Source: a virus
Lineage: Duplodnaviria > Caudoviricetes
Strand: one strand, 5' to 3'
Virus record (IMG/VR): IMGVR_UViG_3300024261_000044
Span: 1-52,200 of that record
DNA: 52,200 bases
Part shown: piece by piece, positions 51,845-52,200 of the stretch
Layout of the letters: each line of letters opens with the position of its first letter
Numbering within the stretch: the first letter of the stretch is position 1
Position numbers and translations under genes: made by a program
The notes under the pieces: generated by a model
Told to the model about the DNA's origin: nothing
Database searches by the model: none
Seen by the model: the letters and a program-made list of their open reading frames with translations, nothing else

Positions 51845-52200
51845 CTATCTTACCGCACTAAACTTTTTAGTTACGCCACCAATTATAACCTCTAATTGAC
51901 CGCTCTTGTTGAAACTTATAGATGTAACGCCAGACAAATGGCTATTTCCTGTTGCTCCAGCAATTGGAATATGTTTATTCCCAGCGGTTGTAGGGTGTCC
52001 TATATTCTTTAGATTATTTTTTATTGCTAATTTATGTTTCTTATCAAGATTGTTATCTTTACTTAGTTTATATGTTAACTCCTTGCTTTCTTCAATTCTA
52101 CCTATATGCCATGAAGCAACTGATTTTTGGAAAAGTAAATGATGGTCCTCATTATAACCCAAGTACTTATTAGTTACGTTTTTTGAGTTTTCTAAGAATT
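51845..52200 (-). CDS. Partial gene (5' end outside window), TPR-like helical C-terminal region
   Basis: Frame is open to the window edge; FQKSVASWHIGRIEESKEL; ends TAG. Confidence 0.55.
   Translation of the reverse strand, partial: FLENSKNVTNKYLGYNEDHHLLFQKSVASWHIGRIEESKELTYKLSKDNNLDKKHKLAIKNNLKNIGHPTTAGNKHIPIAGATGNSHLSGVTSISFNKSGQLEVIIGGVTKKFSAVR

Noticed and set aside
1-52200. CRISPR array, integrase, transposase or reverse transcriptase/DGR
   Set aside because: No spaced direct repeats, recombinase, transposase or RT motifs were seen. The fibre repeats are protein-level only.

Overview
This is a 52.2-kb, AT-rich fragment of a large contractile-tailed (myovirus-like) phage genome. Two minus-strand virion blocks flank a plus-strand block. 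The left block (1-23723) encodes tail fibres, baseplate, a sigma factor, tape measure and tail chaperones. The right block (46830-52200) encodes tail tube, sheath and neck proteins. The plus-strand block (23891-46766) covers replication, nucleotide metabolism and accessory functions. Two things stand out. (1) The genetic code is block-specific. I count 28 in-frame TGA codons in 11 structural genes, many at positions where the motif calls for Trp. Reading TGA as Trp joins the fragmented ORFs into tightly packed genes ending in TAA/TAG. The 27 plus-strand genes use about 80 TGG codons and never use TGA, either as sense or as stop. (2) The phage carries a ubiquitin-like module (large unknown protein, Gly-Gly-ending Ubl, JAB/MPN protease, ThiF/E1) behind its own promoter-like motif. 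Also present: a -1 frameshift tail-chaperone pair, a Gln-ending intein in a class II ribonucleotide reductase, motif-degenerate CCA-adding-like and dUTPase-like proteins, a peptide deformylase and two sigma factors. All product calls come from motif recognition by eye, with no database searches.
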